A stretch of DNA of 64,000 nucleotides from an uncultured Verrucomicrobiota bacterium (GCA_964566575.1 CAZMKD010000260.1:521-64520), one strand, 5' to 3'. Shown: positions 47,871-57,435, counted from the first letter of the stretch. Made by a program: numbers and translations. Notes: generated by a model not told the origin, from the letters alone.

Positions 47871-49370
47871 TTGAGTGTGTCTCCGAATCAACGTGACCGG
47901 CTAGCGGCGCTGGTGCTGTTCGCGGTAGCCCTGGCGCTTTATGTGCCCGTGCGCAGCCGGTTGGCGTACCACTGGGACAGTGTGGAGTTTGCGCAGGCGA
48001 TCAAGGACTACAACTTGGCCGTGTCGCAACCACACCCACCGGGTTATTTCCTCTACGTGATGTTCGGACGACTGGTGAACGCCGTGGTCGGCGACCCACA
48101 TGCGAGCCTCGTCGCCATGAGCCTGTTGTGCGGCGGCGCACTGGTGGCAATCATGTACCGTCTTGGAACCGATCTGTTCGGGCGGCGCTGCGGCGCAGTG
48201 GCGGCGGTGTTGACGATGACGAGCCCGTTGATCTGGTTTCACAGCGCGGTGGCGCTGACGTATGTCGTGGACAGTTTTTTGGTGAGCCTGTTTGTGTGGT
48301 GGGCCTGGCTGGCGCTGCAGCGTGGCGGCACCTGGGCGGATATCGTTGGCTTGGGAATCCTGCTCGGCGTGATCGCCGGGGTCCGCCAGCAAACGGTGCC
48401 GGGTCTGTTGCCGTTGGCGGTATTTGTGTTTGCGAAGTTTCGGCTTCAGAAGGTGGCTATCGGTCTGAGCGCGATGCTGCTGGTGTGCGCGGCGTGGGCG
48501 CTGCCGATGATGATGATGACGGGCGGATGGGATGCGTACTGGGAGGCGTTTCAACGGCATGGGGTATTCAACGCGCTGCGCACGTTTGGCGGAACGGGCT
48601 GGGACGCGCTGCTGTGGAACGTCTTTTTTCTCGGTTTGTTTTGCAGCAATGGGCTGATGTTGGGCGTTGTGCCGCTGGCCGGGCTGATTTACCGGAAGCG
48701 GGATGCGGCAATGAACTTCGTATTGCTTTGGGTCATACCGATGATTTTGATCGCAGTCTGTCTGTCATTCATCGTGTTGCCGGGACACGTGATGTGTTTT
48801 TTACCGGGTTTGATTCTCGCGACGGCAGTCGTAGTGGCGCGATTTCCTTGGGCGGCGACGGCGATGTTGGTGGGCGTGAACGTGTTTGCGTTTCTCGCGT
48901 GGCCGGTGGCGTGGGATCGCGTTTTTTACGGCACGGGGCTCACTGCCCGCGCGCTATGCGAGCATGACCGGCAACTGTCCCGTATGGTGGAGCTGATCCG
49001 CCTCCAGTACAAGCCGGCTGATACCGCCATCGTCCATGCCGTCGCATGGCTTCCGCAGGGTATGCGCCACTTCATGTACTACCTGCCGGAGTTCGATCAT
49101 TACCAACTGGCCGAGGACCGCGCCATCGGCGCGCCGTCTAGCCAACCCATGGTCAGCGCCAAAGCGGGGAGAATCGTGTTCGTGCACAAGATGGACTTGG
49201 CCAACAAGCGGACGGTTCTGTTGTTCGTTCCGCCCGGCCAATCGCTCCAGATCTTCGAGCCATACCTTGACCTGACCGCTACGCGCGAAGTGCCCGGGTC
49301 AGGTGGACAGATTTACGAATTGGCGGCCGATCTCGCGGTCCATCGACAGAGCTGCAACGACCATGATTGA
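47871..49370 (+). CDS. DUF2723/TMEM260-like GT-C membrane protein (putative protein O-mannosyltransferase family), 499 aa.
   Basis: N-terminal YHWDSVEFAQAI...NLAVSQPHPPGYFLYVMFGRL, matching the WDsgEF...HPPGYPLY signature I recall for DUF2723. The start is TTG 47871 or GTG 47877. Confidence 0.7.
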   Translation: MSVSPNQRDRLAALVLFAVALALYVPVRSRLAYHWDSVEFAQAIKDYNLAVSQPHPPGYFLYVMFGRLVNAVVGDPHASLVAMSLLCGGALVAIMYRLGTDLFGRRCGAVAAVLTMTSPLIWFHSAVALTYVVDSFLVSLFVWWAWLALQRGGTWADIVGLGILLGVIAGVRQQTVPGLLPLAVFVFAKFRLQKVAIGLSAMLLVCAAWALPMMMMTGGWDAYWEAFQRHGVFNALRTFGGTGWDALLWNVFFLGLFCSNGLMLGVVPLAGLIYRKRDAAMNFVLLWVIPMILIAVCLSFIVLPGHVMCFLPGLILATAVVVARFPWAATAMLVGVNVFAFLAWPVAWDRVFYGTGLTARALCEHDRQLSRMVELIRLQYKPADTAIVHAVAWLPQGMRHFMYYLPEFDHYQLAEDRAIGAPSSQPMVSAKAGRIVFVHKMDLANKRTVLLFVPPGQSLQIFEPYLDLTATREVPGSGGQIYELAADLAVHRQSCNDHD

Positions 49371-49583
49371 ATGGCCGGCATGGCAGCGGTCGCTGATGAC
49401 CCTCGGCGTGTCGAAAACTGGCGTAACCGGAATCGGTGTGTTCTCGATGGTAATCTTCTCGGACCAGTTGCCGGCCCAACAATCAACCGTCGTTGTCGGT
49501 GTGCTCGGACACGATCGCGGTGGCGCCGTCCCGGCAAGACATTTCGATGGCGACTAGCGGGGTGGGGCATCACCGGTTGTTCT

Positions 49584-50126
49584 TCAGCCAACCGGCACGC
49601 CGGTTAAATCTGCGCGCGCCTCACCCAGCAGCGTGCTCATCAGCCGCGCAATTTTCCGCCGATGCTTGATTATTGCGGGATGCGATACGCCCATCTCCCG
49701 CGCGATCTCTCGGACTCCTAAACCATGCAGCAGCAAGCGCAAAATCCGCCTCTGCGTGTCATTTAGATGCGGCACCACCAGTTCGACGATGTCGTTGGTG
49801 GTCACCTCAGCAAACGCGTCAAACGGATCAACCGCATCAACGACGTAGAATACGTGCCCATCGGCGTCCTCGTAAGTTCGCCCAAGCGAGATGAGATTCT
49901 GGGAGCGCTTTAGTGAATCGACGCTCCGGCCATGCTTGAGATAATTGCGGGCGTGAAACTCGCAATTCTTGATGTACCAACTGGTTGTGTGCCCCGGCAG
50001 CTCAACCTCGATACGCACCAAGTGTATAAACATCTCCTGCAGCAAGTCCTTCTGCAGTTCCACGTCGTTGGTAAGCTTCGCCGCGACCCCGCGCAGTTGC
50101 TTGACGACACGACTATGCCCTGTCAT
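49584..50126 (-). CDS. Sigma-70 family (ECF-like) sigma factor or LuxR-type HTH regulator, 180 aa.
   Basis: Region-2-like LQKDLLQEMFIHLVRIE. C-terminal HTH LNDTQRRILRLLLHGLGVREIAREMGVSHPAIIKHRRKIARLM. Confidence 0.65.
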   Translation of the reverse strand: MTGHSRVVKQLRGVAAKLTNDVELQKDLLQEMFIHLVRIEVELPGHTTSWYIKNCEFHARNYLKHGRSVDSLKRSQNLISLGRTYEDADGHVFYVVDAVDPFDAFAEVTTNDIVELVVPHLNDTQRRILRLLLHGLGVREIAREMGVSHPAIIKHRRKIARLMSTLLGEARADLTGVPVG

Positions 50127-50471
50127 AAGATCCCCTTATCCGTACCCTATCCACGCTAACCGACACTGATTTTCGCCCGAGCAACCCGTGGCCCGCAGCA
50201 TGAACGCAGCTTGCTTCTCCAAGACAGTACTTCACTTAGCGACCGTTATGCCAGATAAGACAAGGCTTGCAGGTTTTCACGACTATAGCCGCCGTAACTC
50301 GCCGCAGGCGCAGGAGTTACGCGGGGTAAGGAATTTCGAAGATTGATTTACTGGGTGCCGATGAGCACAAACCCAGGTGAGATACTGTTCAGCGGGCTGG
50401 ACACACTGTTCACTCCACATGGACACACGGTTGAACAGTCGCCGGGTAGATTTGCGGGACAGCCGGTTGAA

Positions 50472-51812
50472 CTACCGGCTCGACCTCTTCACCAGATCAC
50501 TGAATCGCAGGTTGGCCGGCGACGAACGTAGAGCGGCATCGAGGTCGGCCAGCAAATTCTCAACCGCCTCGCCGCCACTGTTCCGAGGTGTCGCGCCAGT
50601 CGCCGGGCTGACCCGAATGACCTCCAACACGTCGGCCACTGTCATTGAATCCGGCGCGCGCGCCGGCACGATGCTGCCTTCGCTGCCATCCACCCGTGCC
50701 AGTAAACCGCCTTCGGCGAGGCGGTACACCAGCTGGTTTAGCCATTTGGCGGGCGCGCCGATCTTGTCGGCTAAATCGTCCAAGGTCGGCGGTTCTGTCC
50801 CGCCGAGGAAGTGTTCACACGCGATGAGCACTATCCGGCAGGCGATGAGCTCGCGACCCCGATGGTCGATCCGCTCGCTGGCCCGTTGAAGCAGGTATGT
50901 GCGAACGTGTTGCGCAGCGTACGCGACTTGTGCACCGAGCAGGACGATGAGCCACGAGAAGTAAAGACCGACGAGCAACACTGGGATGATGCCGATGGTG
51001 CCGTAGATCTTGTTGTAGGTGATCACGCGCGACACGTACAGCGTGCTCAGCCAACTGTTGATCTGCCACAGCGTCCCGGCGAACACCCCACCGGCGATTG
51101 CCGCTCCCGGACGGACATGCGTGTTAGGCATCAACGCGTACATCAGTGAGAACGCCGCCCATAACACAAGAAACGGCGCCAGCTGTAATAGTACCTTCTC
51201 GAAACCCGGTATTAAACTCAACCGTCCCATCACCGTCAACACCTCGGCTCGGCCGGTCAGATACATCGCCATGATTAGCAGCAGCGGTCCAAGCGTGATC
51301 GTCGTCCAGTAGTACACGATCTTGCGCCAGATTGATCGGCCGACCGCAATGCCCCAGATATCGTTGAACGTCTGCTCGATCGCCATCAACAACCGCACCG
51401 CGACGAACACCAGAAACATGGTCCCCACCGTGCCGAGCGTGCCGGCATGGATGTTGTCGATGAACGATTGGATCTTCTCGACCGTCTCCCGCTGGGCGTT
51501 GGGCGAAGCTGTGCCGAGTTCCGGCGCGACCATTGCCACCGCTCGGTCCATCAATTTCGGGATAAGATCGGCGCTCGTATCGTGGAGAAAATTCTTTGAG
51601 ATACTGAACACCACCGCCAATAACGGGACAAGCGCCAGCAGCGTCGTGTACGACAACGCCGCCGCGCGCACCGGGCAGCGGTTCTCAACGAAGCCCCGCC
51701 ACACCAGTAGAAGAAACTGCAGCCCCGTCCGGGCGCCACCGGGGAGCCCGTCGATTAATCGCTGGATGCGATCAAACCAGCTGACATCGTTCGCCTGCCG
51801 TGCCTTGACCAT
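50472..51812 (-). CDS. YihY/BrkB (virulence factor BrkB / RNase BN-like) family inner-membrane protein.
   Basis: AAALSYTTLLALVPLLAVVFSI signature. Six TM segments. 446 aa with a C-terminal soluble extension. Confidence 0.85.
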   Translation of the reverse strand: MVKARQANDVSWFDRIQRLIDGLPGGARTGLQFLLLVWRGFVENRCPVRAAALSYTTLLALVPLLAVVFSISKNFLHDTSADLIPKLMDRAVAMVAPELGTASPNAQRETVEKIQSFIDNIHAGTLGTVGTMFLVFVAVRLLMAIEQTFNDIWGIAVGRSIWRKIVYYWTTITLGPLLLIMAMYLTGRAEVLTVMGRLSLIPGFEKVLLQLAPFLVLWAAFSLMYALMPNTHVRPGAAIAGGVFAGTLWQINSWLSTLYVSRVITYNKIYGTIGIIPVLLVGLYFSWLIVLLGAQVAYAAQHVRTYLLQRASERIDHRGRELIACRIVLIACEHFLGGTEPPTLDDLADKIGAPAKWLNQLVYRLAEGGLLARVDGSEGSIVPARAPDSMTVADVLEVIRVSPATGATPRNSGGEAVENLLADLDAALRSSPANLRFSDLVKRSSR

Positions 51813-51821
51813 GTCGGCAGC

Positions 51822-52568
51822 TTACGGAGCACGCCGAATCAAGTCAACGCCGTGCGTCTTGGTCGCCGGCACGATTGGCGAACCCCCGTCAGAACCCCTG
51901 TGCGCCTTCGTGGGAGCGATTAACCGGTACGCCAGCAGCCCAGCGAACACCAGGAACACCACGCCGCACGAGCGCACCAATACCGTCAACGTGCGCGGCT
52001 TCACGCGCCGGTGCGCGCGAGACACAAAGAACGCCAGCAGGAAAAACCACAGCACGCTCCCCACGGAAACGCCGAGCACACACATCGTGCGGCTGATCAG
52101 TCCCGGTTGCACCCAGTCGTGCAAAAACAGCGCCGCCGCCAGCGTCGCCCACAGCAACACGAGCATCAGGTTGGAGATCGTTAGCAGAAATCCCAACAGA
52201 AATGACCGGGGATGATGCCAGCGCGTGTCCACCTTCTCGACCGTGGCGGCGTCTTTCGCTTCGACCTCTTCTTCCCGGAACAGCAGCGCGCGGATGCCGA
52301 TAAAAACAATGACCCCGACCGACATCACGCGCAGCGCCTTAAGCACGCTCGGCATTCGCAGAATGGATGAATGACCCGCAAGCATCAATGATGCAAAAAT
52401 CGCTTCCGCGGCAATTGCCCCAAGCCCGGTCAGAAACGCCGCCAGAAAACCGCGGCGCAACGCACGGTTGATGATCGTCAAGTTCACCGGCCCGACCGGC
52501 ACGCTGACCACAAATCCGCACACCATCCCCGCCACAAACGCCCGCGACAGTTCATCCAAATCGCCCAC
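51822..52568 (-). CDS. LysE/RhtB-type amino-acid exporter.
   Basis: N-terminal FVAGMVCGFVVSVPVGPVN. Six TM segments. 248 aa. Confidence 0.8.
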   Translation of the reverse strand: MGDLDELSRAFVAGMVCGFVVSVPVGPVNLTIINRALRRGFLAAFLTGLGAIAAEAIFASLMLAGHSSILRMPSVLKALRVMSVGVIVFIGIRALLFREEEVEAKDAATVEKVDTRWHHPRSFLLGFLLTISNLMLVLLWATLAAALFLHDWVQPGLISRTMCVLGVSVGSVLWFFLLAFFVSRAHRRVKPRTLTVLVRSCGVVFLVFAGLLAYRLIAPTKAHRGSDGGSPIVPATKTHGVDLIRRAP

Positions 52569-52603
52569 CGGTCAGTCCTCGGTACGTTTTTGCCACGAAA
52601 ACC

Positions 52604-53392
52604 TCATCGTAGCGTCTCGTCCGACTCGGCTTCGTCTTCTTCGTCCGGCTCGATCTCGCGCCGCCAGCGCTTGCTCACCCACGGCCGGACCAAGCCGTAC
52701 AGCATGTACGCCACGAACACCACCGCCAGCATCACTTCCTTGAACAACACAATCCCCAGCGCCGCCACCACCACCGCCGCAAACGCCGCCACATGCTTTT
52801 GTAACGTCCAATCGATGTACTTGAACGTCGGATACCGGACATTGCTGACCATCAGGATCGACAACAGCACCATCAACCCCGGCAACATCCAGCGCGAAGG
52901 TCCGAGCGCCCGGTCGTGCCCGGCCAGCCACATCATGAACAGCGCCACGCTCACCACCACCGCCGCCGCCGACGGAATCGGAAACCCGATAAACTCCCGC
53001 CCATGCGCTGCCGCCGTCGGCCGCGAACTAAGCACATTGAACCGCGCCAGCCGGATGCCGCCGCACACCAGATACACCGCCGCGATCGCCCAGCCGGTCC
53101 TCTCGAACTGAAACAGTACGATCCGGTATACCAGAAATGCCGGCGCCACCCCGAAGCTCACGATGTCCGCCAGCGAATCGAATTCCCGGCCAAATTGCGA
53201 CTGCCGCTTCATCAGCCGCGCCATCCGCCCATCAAGAAAATCAAACACAAATGCCGCGAGGATTAACCGAATCGCAACGTGAATCTTCTCGAAACCCTCC
53301 TCCGGCTTGTACTGGAAAATCCACGTCAGCGCAAAAAAACCGCACGCGAGATTACCGGCCGTCATCAAGTTCGGCAGGAAATAAATCCGCAT
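52604..53392 (-). CDS. pssA: CDP-diacylglycerol--serine O-phosphatidyltransferase (CDP-alcohol phosphatidyltransferase family).
   Basis: D-G-x2-A-R-x8-G-x3-D-x3-D motif (FLDGRMARLMKRQSQFGREFDSLAD). The start is probably ATG 53392. Confidence 0.85.
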   Translation of the reverse strand: MRIYFLPNLMTAGNLACGFFALTWIFQYKPEEGFEKIHVAIRLILAAFVFDFLDGRMARLMKRQSQFGREFDSLADIVSFGVAPAFLVYRIVLFQFERTGWAIAAVYLVCGGIRLARFNVLSSRPTAAAHGREFIGFPIPSAAAVVVSVALFMMWLAGHDRALGPSRWMLPGLMVLLSILMVSNVRYPTFKYIDWTLQKHVAAFAAVVVAALGIVLFKEVMLAVVFVAYMLYGLVRPWVSKRWRREIEPDEEDEAESDETLR

Positions 53393-53423
53393 CTTCTCGT
53401 CGTCGCCACTCTCCACGGGTTTT

Positions 53424-54065
53424 CTAATTTCGTCGGGCAAGGACCGTCTCCCCTCCTCTCGCGTAATCACCGACCTCGGTGACAATTTCCGTCCCCGCCG
53501 GCAGGAACGTCTCCACCCGCGACCCGAACCGGATCATCCCAATGCGCTCGCCCTTCGCCACCGTCGCGCCCTCCCCGGCCCAACCGACGATGCGGCGCGC
53601 GATCAACCCGGCAATTTGCTTCACACTCACCCGATACCCGTCCGCAGTCTCCATATCGATGAGCCGGTATTCATTCATGGTCGACGCATTGGGATTCCGC
53701 ACATCGAAGAACTTGCCGACTTCGTATTTCACGCCCTTGATTCTGCCGGCAACCGGCGCGCGCTGTACATGGACGTCAAACACCGACAGAAAAATCGCCA
53801 CCATCGTCGTGTCGCCGACGGGTTTGATCTCCACGATCTTGCCGGTCGCCGGCGCGACGATGAGTTTCTCATCGGCCGGCACCACCGCGTCGGGGTCGCG
53901 GAAGAATGAAATCGTGAACACCAGCAACGCCAGCGAGACGAACGCCGCCAGGGAACACCGCGGAAGCAGGCCGGCGACGCTCAAGGCCGCCAGAATCAGA
54001 ATCGGCCATTTCCCTTCGAGCAAGGTTCGTGAAGTGAACATGGAAAGTCCGGGCATCTTAACCAA
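53424..54065 (-). CDS. psd: Phosphatidylserine decarboxylase family protein (short, archaeal-type proenzyme).
   Basis: 213 aa. ...GERIGMIRFGSRVETFLP carries the self-cleavage G-S motif. It sits next to pssA. Confidence 0.8.
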   Translation of the reverse strand: MVKMPGLSMFTSRTLLEGKWPILILAALSVAGLLPRCSLAAFVSLALLVFTISFFRDPDAVVPADEKLIVAPATGKIVEIKPVGDTTMVAIFLSVFDVHVQRAPVAGRIKGVKYEVGKFFDVRNPNASTMNEYRLIDMETADGYRVSVKQIAGLIARRIVGWAGEGATVAKGERIGMIRFGSRVETFLPAGTEIVTEVGDYARGGETVLARRN

Positions 54066-54090
54066 ACTTGCCGGCTTGTGAAACGAATTC

Positions 54091-54249
54091 TTAGAAGAAT
54101 GGATACAGGAACGGCGCCAGCGCGGAGCTTTGGGCGAAGATGATCAGGAATGCGAGCACCACCAGCACGGCCACCAGCGGGATCAGCCACCACTTCTTCT
54201 CGCGGCGGAGAAACCCAAACAGTTCCTTGACGGTACCGAGCTTGCTCAT
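54091..54249 (-). CDS. DUF5989-family small membrane protein (52 aa). Absent from the ORF track because it is under 60 aa.
   Basis: MSKLGTVKELFGFLRREKKWWLIPLVAVLVVLAFLIIFAQSSALAPFLYPFF. Its ATG overlaps the carbamoyltransferase stop (ATGA at 54246..54249). Confidence 0.7.
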   Translation of the reverse strand: MSKLGTVKELFGFLRREKKWWLIPLVAVLVVLAFLIIFAQSSALAPFLYPFF

Positions 54250-55943
54250 GTCTTACTGACAAGCGTATCGCCCAGAACGAGGTAGTCAAGCCCCGTCTTG
54301 AGGAAACAGTTCACGGCATCCGCAGGCGTGCACACGATCGGCTCGCCGCGCACGTTGAACGAAGTGTTCAGCAGCACCGGTACGCCGGTGAGTGCCCCGA
54401 ACTGGCGGATCAATTCGTAATAAATTTCGTTCGTCTCGCGTGTGACGGTTTGCACACGTCCGGTACCGTCGGCATGCGTCACCGCCGGGATGACGGCGCG
54501 TTTGTCGGCGCGCACCGGTGGCACGAGCAACATGAACGGCGACTCCTGACCGTTCATCTCGAAGAATTCGTCGGCCCGCTCGCGCAACACGGCCGGGGCG
54601 AACGGGCGGAAAAATTCACGGAACTTGATCTTGGTGTTGACGATCTTCTTCATCTCCGGGTTCATTGGATTGGCGAGAATGCTGCGGCAACCGAGCGCGC
54701 GTGGGCCGAACTCCATCCGGCCTTGGAACCAGCCGATCACTTTGTCGTCCCGCAAGACAGCGGCGGTGCGCTGGAGCAACTCGGCGCGCGGCAATTTTTC
54801 CCAGCGCACTTGCGTACCGGCCGCACGCAACGCCGTTTCTATCTCCGCTTCGTCGAATGCCGGGCCCAAATAGACATCGCGCAGGGTAAACTCGCGCGGG
54901 TTGCCGAGCACGGTGTTGTAAATATAAAATGCCGCGCCGACTGCGCCGCCGGAGTCACCGGCAGCCGGTTGGACGAACAGGCGCTTGAACGGCGTCTGCT
55001 CCATGATTTTCCAATTCGCGACCGTGTTGAGCGCGCAACCACCGGCGAGACAGAGATTGTCGCTCGGATGCAACTCGTGCGCGGCGCGGGCGAGGTTGAC
55101 AGCGACTTCTTCGAATACGTGCTGGCCCGACCGGGCAATGTCCTGATGAAATTCGCCGATCTCGGACTCCGGCAGGCGCGCCGGTTGCCCGAAGAGCCGC
55201 TCGAAGCGGCCGTTGAACATCCGTCGCGCGCTGTAATGGTGAGCAAAGTAACGCATGTTCAGCGCGAAACTGCCGTCGGGTTGCGTGCGAATGAGTTGCC
55301 GGCATGGTTCGACCTGCGTCGGCTTGCCATACGGCGCGAGGCCCATGACCTTCCACTCGGCATCGTTGACCTCGAAGCCGAGGTACGCGGTGATCGCGCT
55401 GTAAAACAAACCGAGCGAATGCGGAAAGCGGATCTCGCGCGTGAATTGGATTTCCGAGCCGCGTCCCCAACCCATCGCGGTCGTCGTCCATTCGCCGACG
55501 CCGTCGAGCGTCAAGACGGTGGCTTCCTCGAAGGGCGAGACCAGAAACGCGCTCGCGGCATGGGACATGTGATGCTCGGCGAACAGAATCTCGTGATCGG
55601 TGCCGAGTTGTTTCTGGATGTGGTCCTTCAGCCAGAGCCGGTCCTTCAACCACAGCGGGAGCGCCTTCGCGAATGCGATGTACGACATCGGCCATGTGGA
55701 GACGTAACAGGACAGAATGCGCTCGAATTTCAGGATCGGTTTCTCGTAGAACACGACGTGGTCGACATCGTTGATGGTGATGCCGGCCTCGCGGAGACAG
55801 TACGCGATTGCGCCGGCGGGCCAGCCGAAATCGTGTTTGCGGCGCGAGAAGCGTTCTTCCTCGGCGGCGGCGATGAGCTGGCCGTCACGCACCAGCGCGG
55901 CGGCGGCGTCGTGATAGAAACAGGAGATGCCGAGGATGTGCAT
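54246..55943 (-). CDS. Carbamoyltransferase (NodU/CmcH family).
   Basis: 565 aa. MHILGISCFYHDAAAALVRDGQLIAAAEEERFSRRKHD..., an ASKHSD-like N-terminal fold, and a C-terminal YrdC-like or Kae1-like domain. Confidence 0.9.
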   Translation of the reverse strand: MHILGISCFYHDAAAALVRDGQLIAAAEEERFSRRKHDFGWPAGAIAYCLREAGITINDVDHVVFYEKPILKFERILSCYVSTWPMSYIAFAKALPLWLKDRLWLKDHIQKQLGTDHEILFAEHHMSHAASAFLVSPFEEATVLTLDGVGEWTTTAMGWGRGSEIQFTREIRFPHSLGLFYSAITAYLGFEVNDAEWKVMGLAPYGKPTQVEPCRQLIRTQPDGSFALNMRYFAHHYSARRMFNGRFERLFGQPARLPESEIGEFHQDIARSGQHVFEEVAVNLARAAHELHPSDNLCLAGGCALNTVANWKIMEQTPFKRLFVQPAAGDSGGAVGAAFYIYNTVLGNPREFTLRDVYLGPAFDEAEIETALRAAGTQVRWEKLPRAELLQRTAAVLRDDKVIGWFQGRMEFGPRALGCRSILANPMNPEMKKIVNTKIKFREFFRPFAPAVLRERADEFFEMNGQESPFMLLVPPVRADKRAVIPAVTHADGTGRVQTVTRETNEIYYELIRQFGALTGVPVLLNTSFNVRGEPIVCTPADAVNCFLKTGLDYLVLGDTLVSKT

Positions 55944-55946
55944 GGC

Positions 55947-56180
55947 TCAGGACTGCTGCTTCGCCCGGTCGAGGGAGTTGCCGGCCGGTTTGCGATCGAT
56001 CCAGAAGCTGCGGTCGCCCGACTGGCGCAGCCGCAGTGGATTCTGCAACCGGATCAGGGAGAACACCGGCACGATCAGCCAGTAGAACAACGTGATGATG
56101 ACGTAGGTCTGCGCCACGCCAAGTTTGTGTGCGACTCTTTTCCAGCCTTCCCAGAGACGTTTCAGAAAGGCGCGCATCAC
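55947..56180 (-). CDS. SxtJ-like small membrane protein (77 aa).
   Basis: LKRLWEGWKRVAHKLGVAQTYVIITLFYWLIVPVFSLI. It lies immediately upstream of the carbamoyltransferase, the conserved triad arrangement. Confidence 0.65.
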   Translation of the reverse strand: MMRAFLKRLWEGWKRVAHKLGVAQTYVIITLFYWLIVPVFSLIRLQNPLRLRQSGDRSFWIDRKPAGNSLDRAKQQS

Positions 56181-57241
56181 CGGCTCAGAGTCGCGTGATC
56201 TTGGAGGGGAGTTCCATTGTTCGTGCCGGAGAGAATACGCTCCGCAAGATACTGCGCCGCGAGTCTGTGACCCTTTTCGCTCCAGTGACCATCGTGCGTG
56301 AAATGGAATTGCATTGGATCGCCAGTTGACTCAAACACGGGTCTCATGTCAATGACTTCGATATTCCTCTTTTTCACCTCGCTCACAAAGAGGTCGTGCA
56401 CCTTTGCTTCAACGTCCCGATAGTTGCCGATCCAAAGACCCCTCGAAGGTATAATCAAGACAACAACGCGTGTGCGTCCAGATGTCAATTGGCCCAGTAA
56501 GTCGACCGAGTAATGAATCGCTGGCTCATCGAAACTGTTAAAATGCATTTGGTACACAGATTCCCTCTTGCGCGCGATACCGACCGCCTGAAAAAACCGT
56601 CTCAACGACTCAGACTGTTGAAGTTCAGTGGCCAGAAGCAAATACACGGCGCTATGACTCTTGGCGAAGTCCCTCAGTGCCTCTTTCATCGGTAGCTTCG
56701 ATGGCGGCACGGTCGACGGATTTACCCGGTAGTAATCCCGAAGATCGTTTTCCAGGCAAATACCAATCACAAGATTGCTGATGGTCGCGCCGCACTGCTT
56801 CGCGTAATCGAGCAACTGACCATAACCGGCGATGTCAGTCGGATTACAAATGTTAAAAACCAGAAACGGGGCCTTCCCCTCCAAAAGATTTGAGAATCGA
56901 TTTGTCTCCTCCTGTCCCCAGCCGAGGCCAAAGGAATCGCCGACGACGAACCAATCCGCAGGTGTCGAAGTGGTCAGCTCTTTCGTGTCCCTGAAACCGA
57001 ATCGATTAAAGGACACCTGTAGGTCGTAGTCCCCCTGTGGCGAGCGCTGGCGAATCGTTTGGTTCTCGGGGCCAAGAGGAACACCGTCCTTATTGAAATG
57101 AAACACGATCTGATCTTTCCCGCGCGGGTTGTAGAATGGAAACCGTACCCGGACGGCGAATTCGAGCAGGAGGAGCGATCCAACCGTTGATAGAGCAAGC
57201 AACGCGAGTCTCAAAAGCCGCAGCTTGTTCTTCGGGGTCAT
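56177..57241 (-). CDS. SGNH/GDSL hydrolase-family protein with an N-terminal signal anchor (probable glycan O-acyl esterase or transferase).
   Basis: The start is trimmed to ATG 57241 (MTPKNKLRLLRLALLALSTVGSLLLL). GDS motif WFVVGDSFGLGWG. C-terminal DGHWSEKGH. Confidence 0.75.
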   Translation of the reverse strand: MTPKNKLRLLRLALLALSTVGSLLLLEFAVRVRFPFYNPRGKDQIVFHFNKDGVPLGPENQTIRQRSPQGDYDLQVSFNRFGFRDTKELTTSTPADWFVVGDSFGLGWGQEETNRFSNLLEGKAPFLVFNICNPTDIAGYGQLLDYAKQCGATISNLVIGICLENDLRDYYRVNPSTVPPSKLPMKEALRDFAKSHSAVYLLLATELQQSESLRRFFQAVGIARKRESVYQMHFNSFDEPAIHYSVDLLGQLTSGRTRVVVLIIPSRGLWIGNYRDVEAKVHDLFVSEVKKRNIEVIDMRPVFESTGDPMQFHFTHDGHWSEKGHRLAAQYLAERILSGTNNGTPLQDHATLSR

Positions 57242-57435
57242 ACGAACAAGATCAACGGCCGGGCATCTCCGACCCATTCGCCTTCGAGCAGTGTTCGTGT
57301 GGTAAGCATTGAAAAGCCTCGGCATCTTAGCCAATCCGTCCCGGCTTGTGAAACGATTTCTTGTCGCTTTCCGCCTTGCGCCGGGAACAAATGTGAGTAT
57401 CATGCATCCTATCAGTCGGGTCGGTTTCTCAACCA

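Noticed and set aside
49371-49583. Small ORFs between the DUF2723-like gene and the sigma-like regulator.
   Set aside because: They are short and Arg-rich with no RBS or domain evidence. The region is probably a 3' UTR or intergenic spacer.
50340-50360. Sigma54-like TGGGTG-N-GAGCA with the correct GG-N10-GC spacing.
   Set aside because: The match to TGGCAC/TTGCW is weak. It is also on the plus strand, with no downstream plus-strand gene to drive.
54450-56198. A 582-aa plus-strand ORF.
   Set aside because: It is antisense to the carbamoyltransferase gene, whose motifs and coupling are clear. It has an Arg-rich low-complexity translation.
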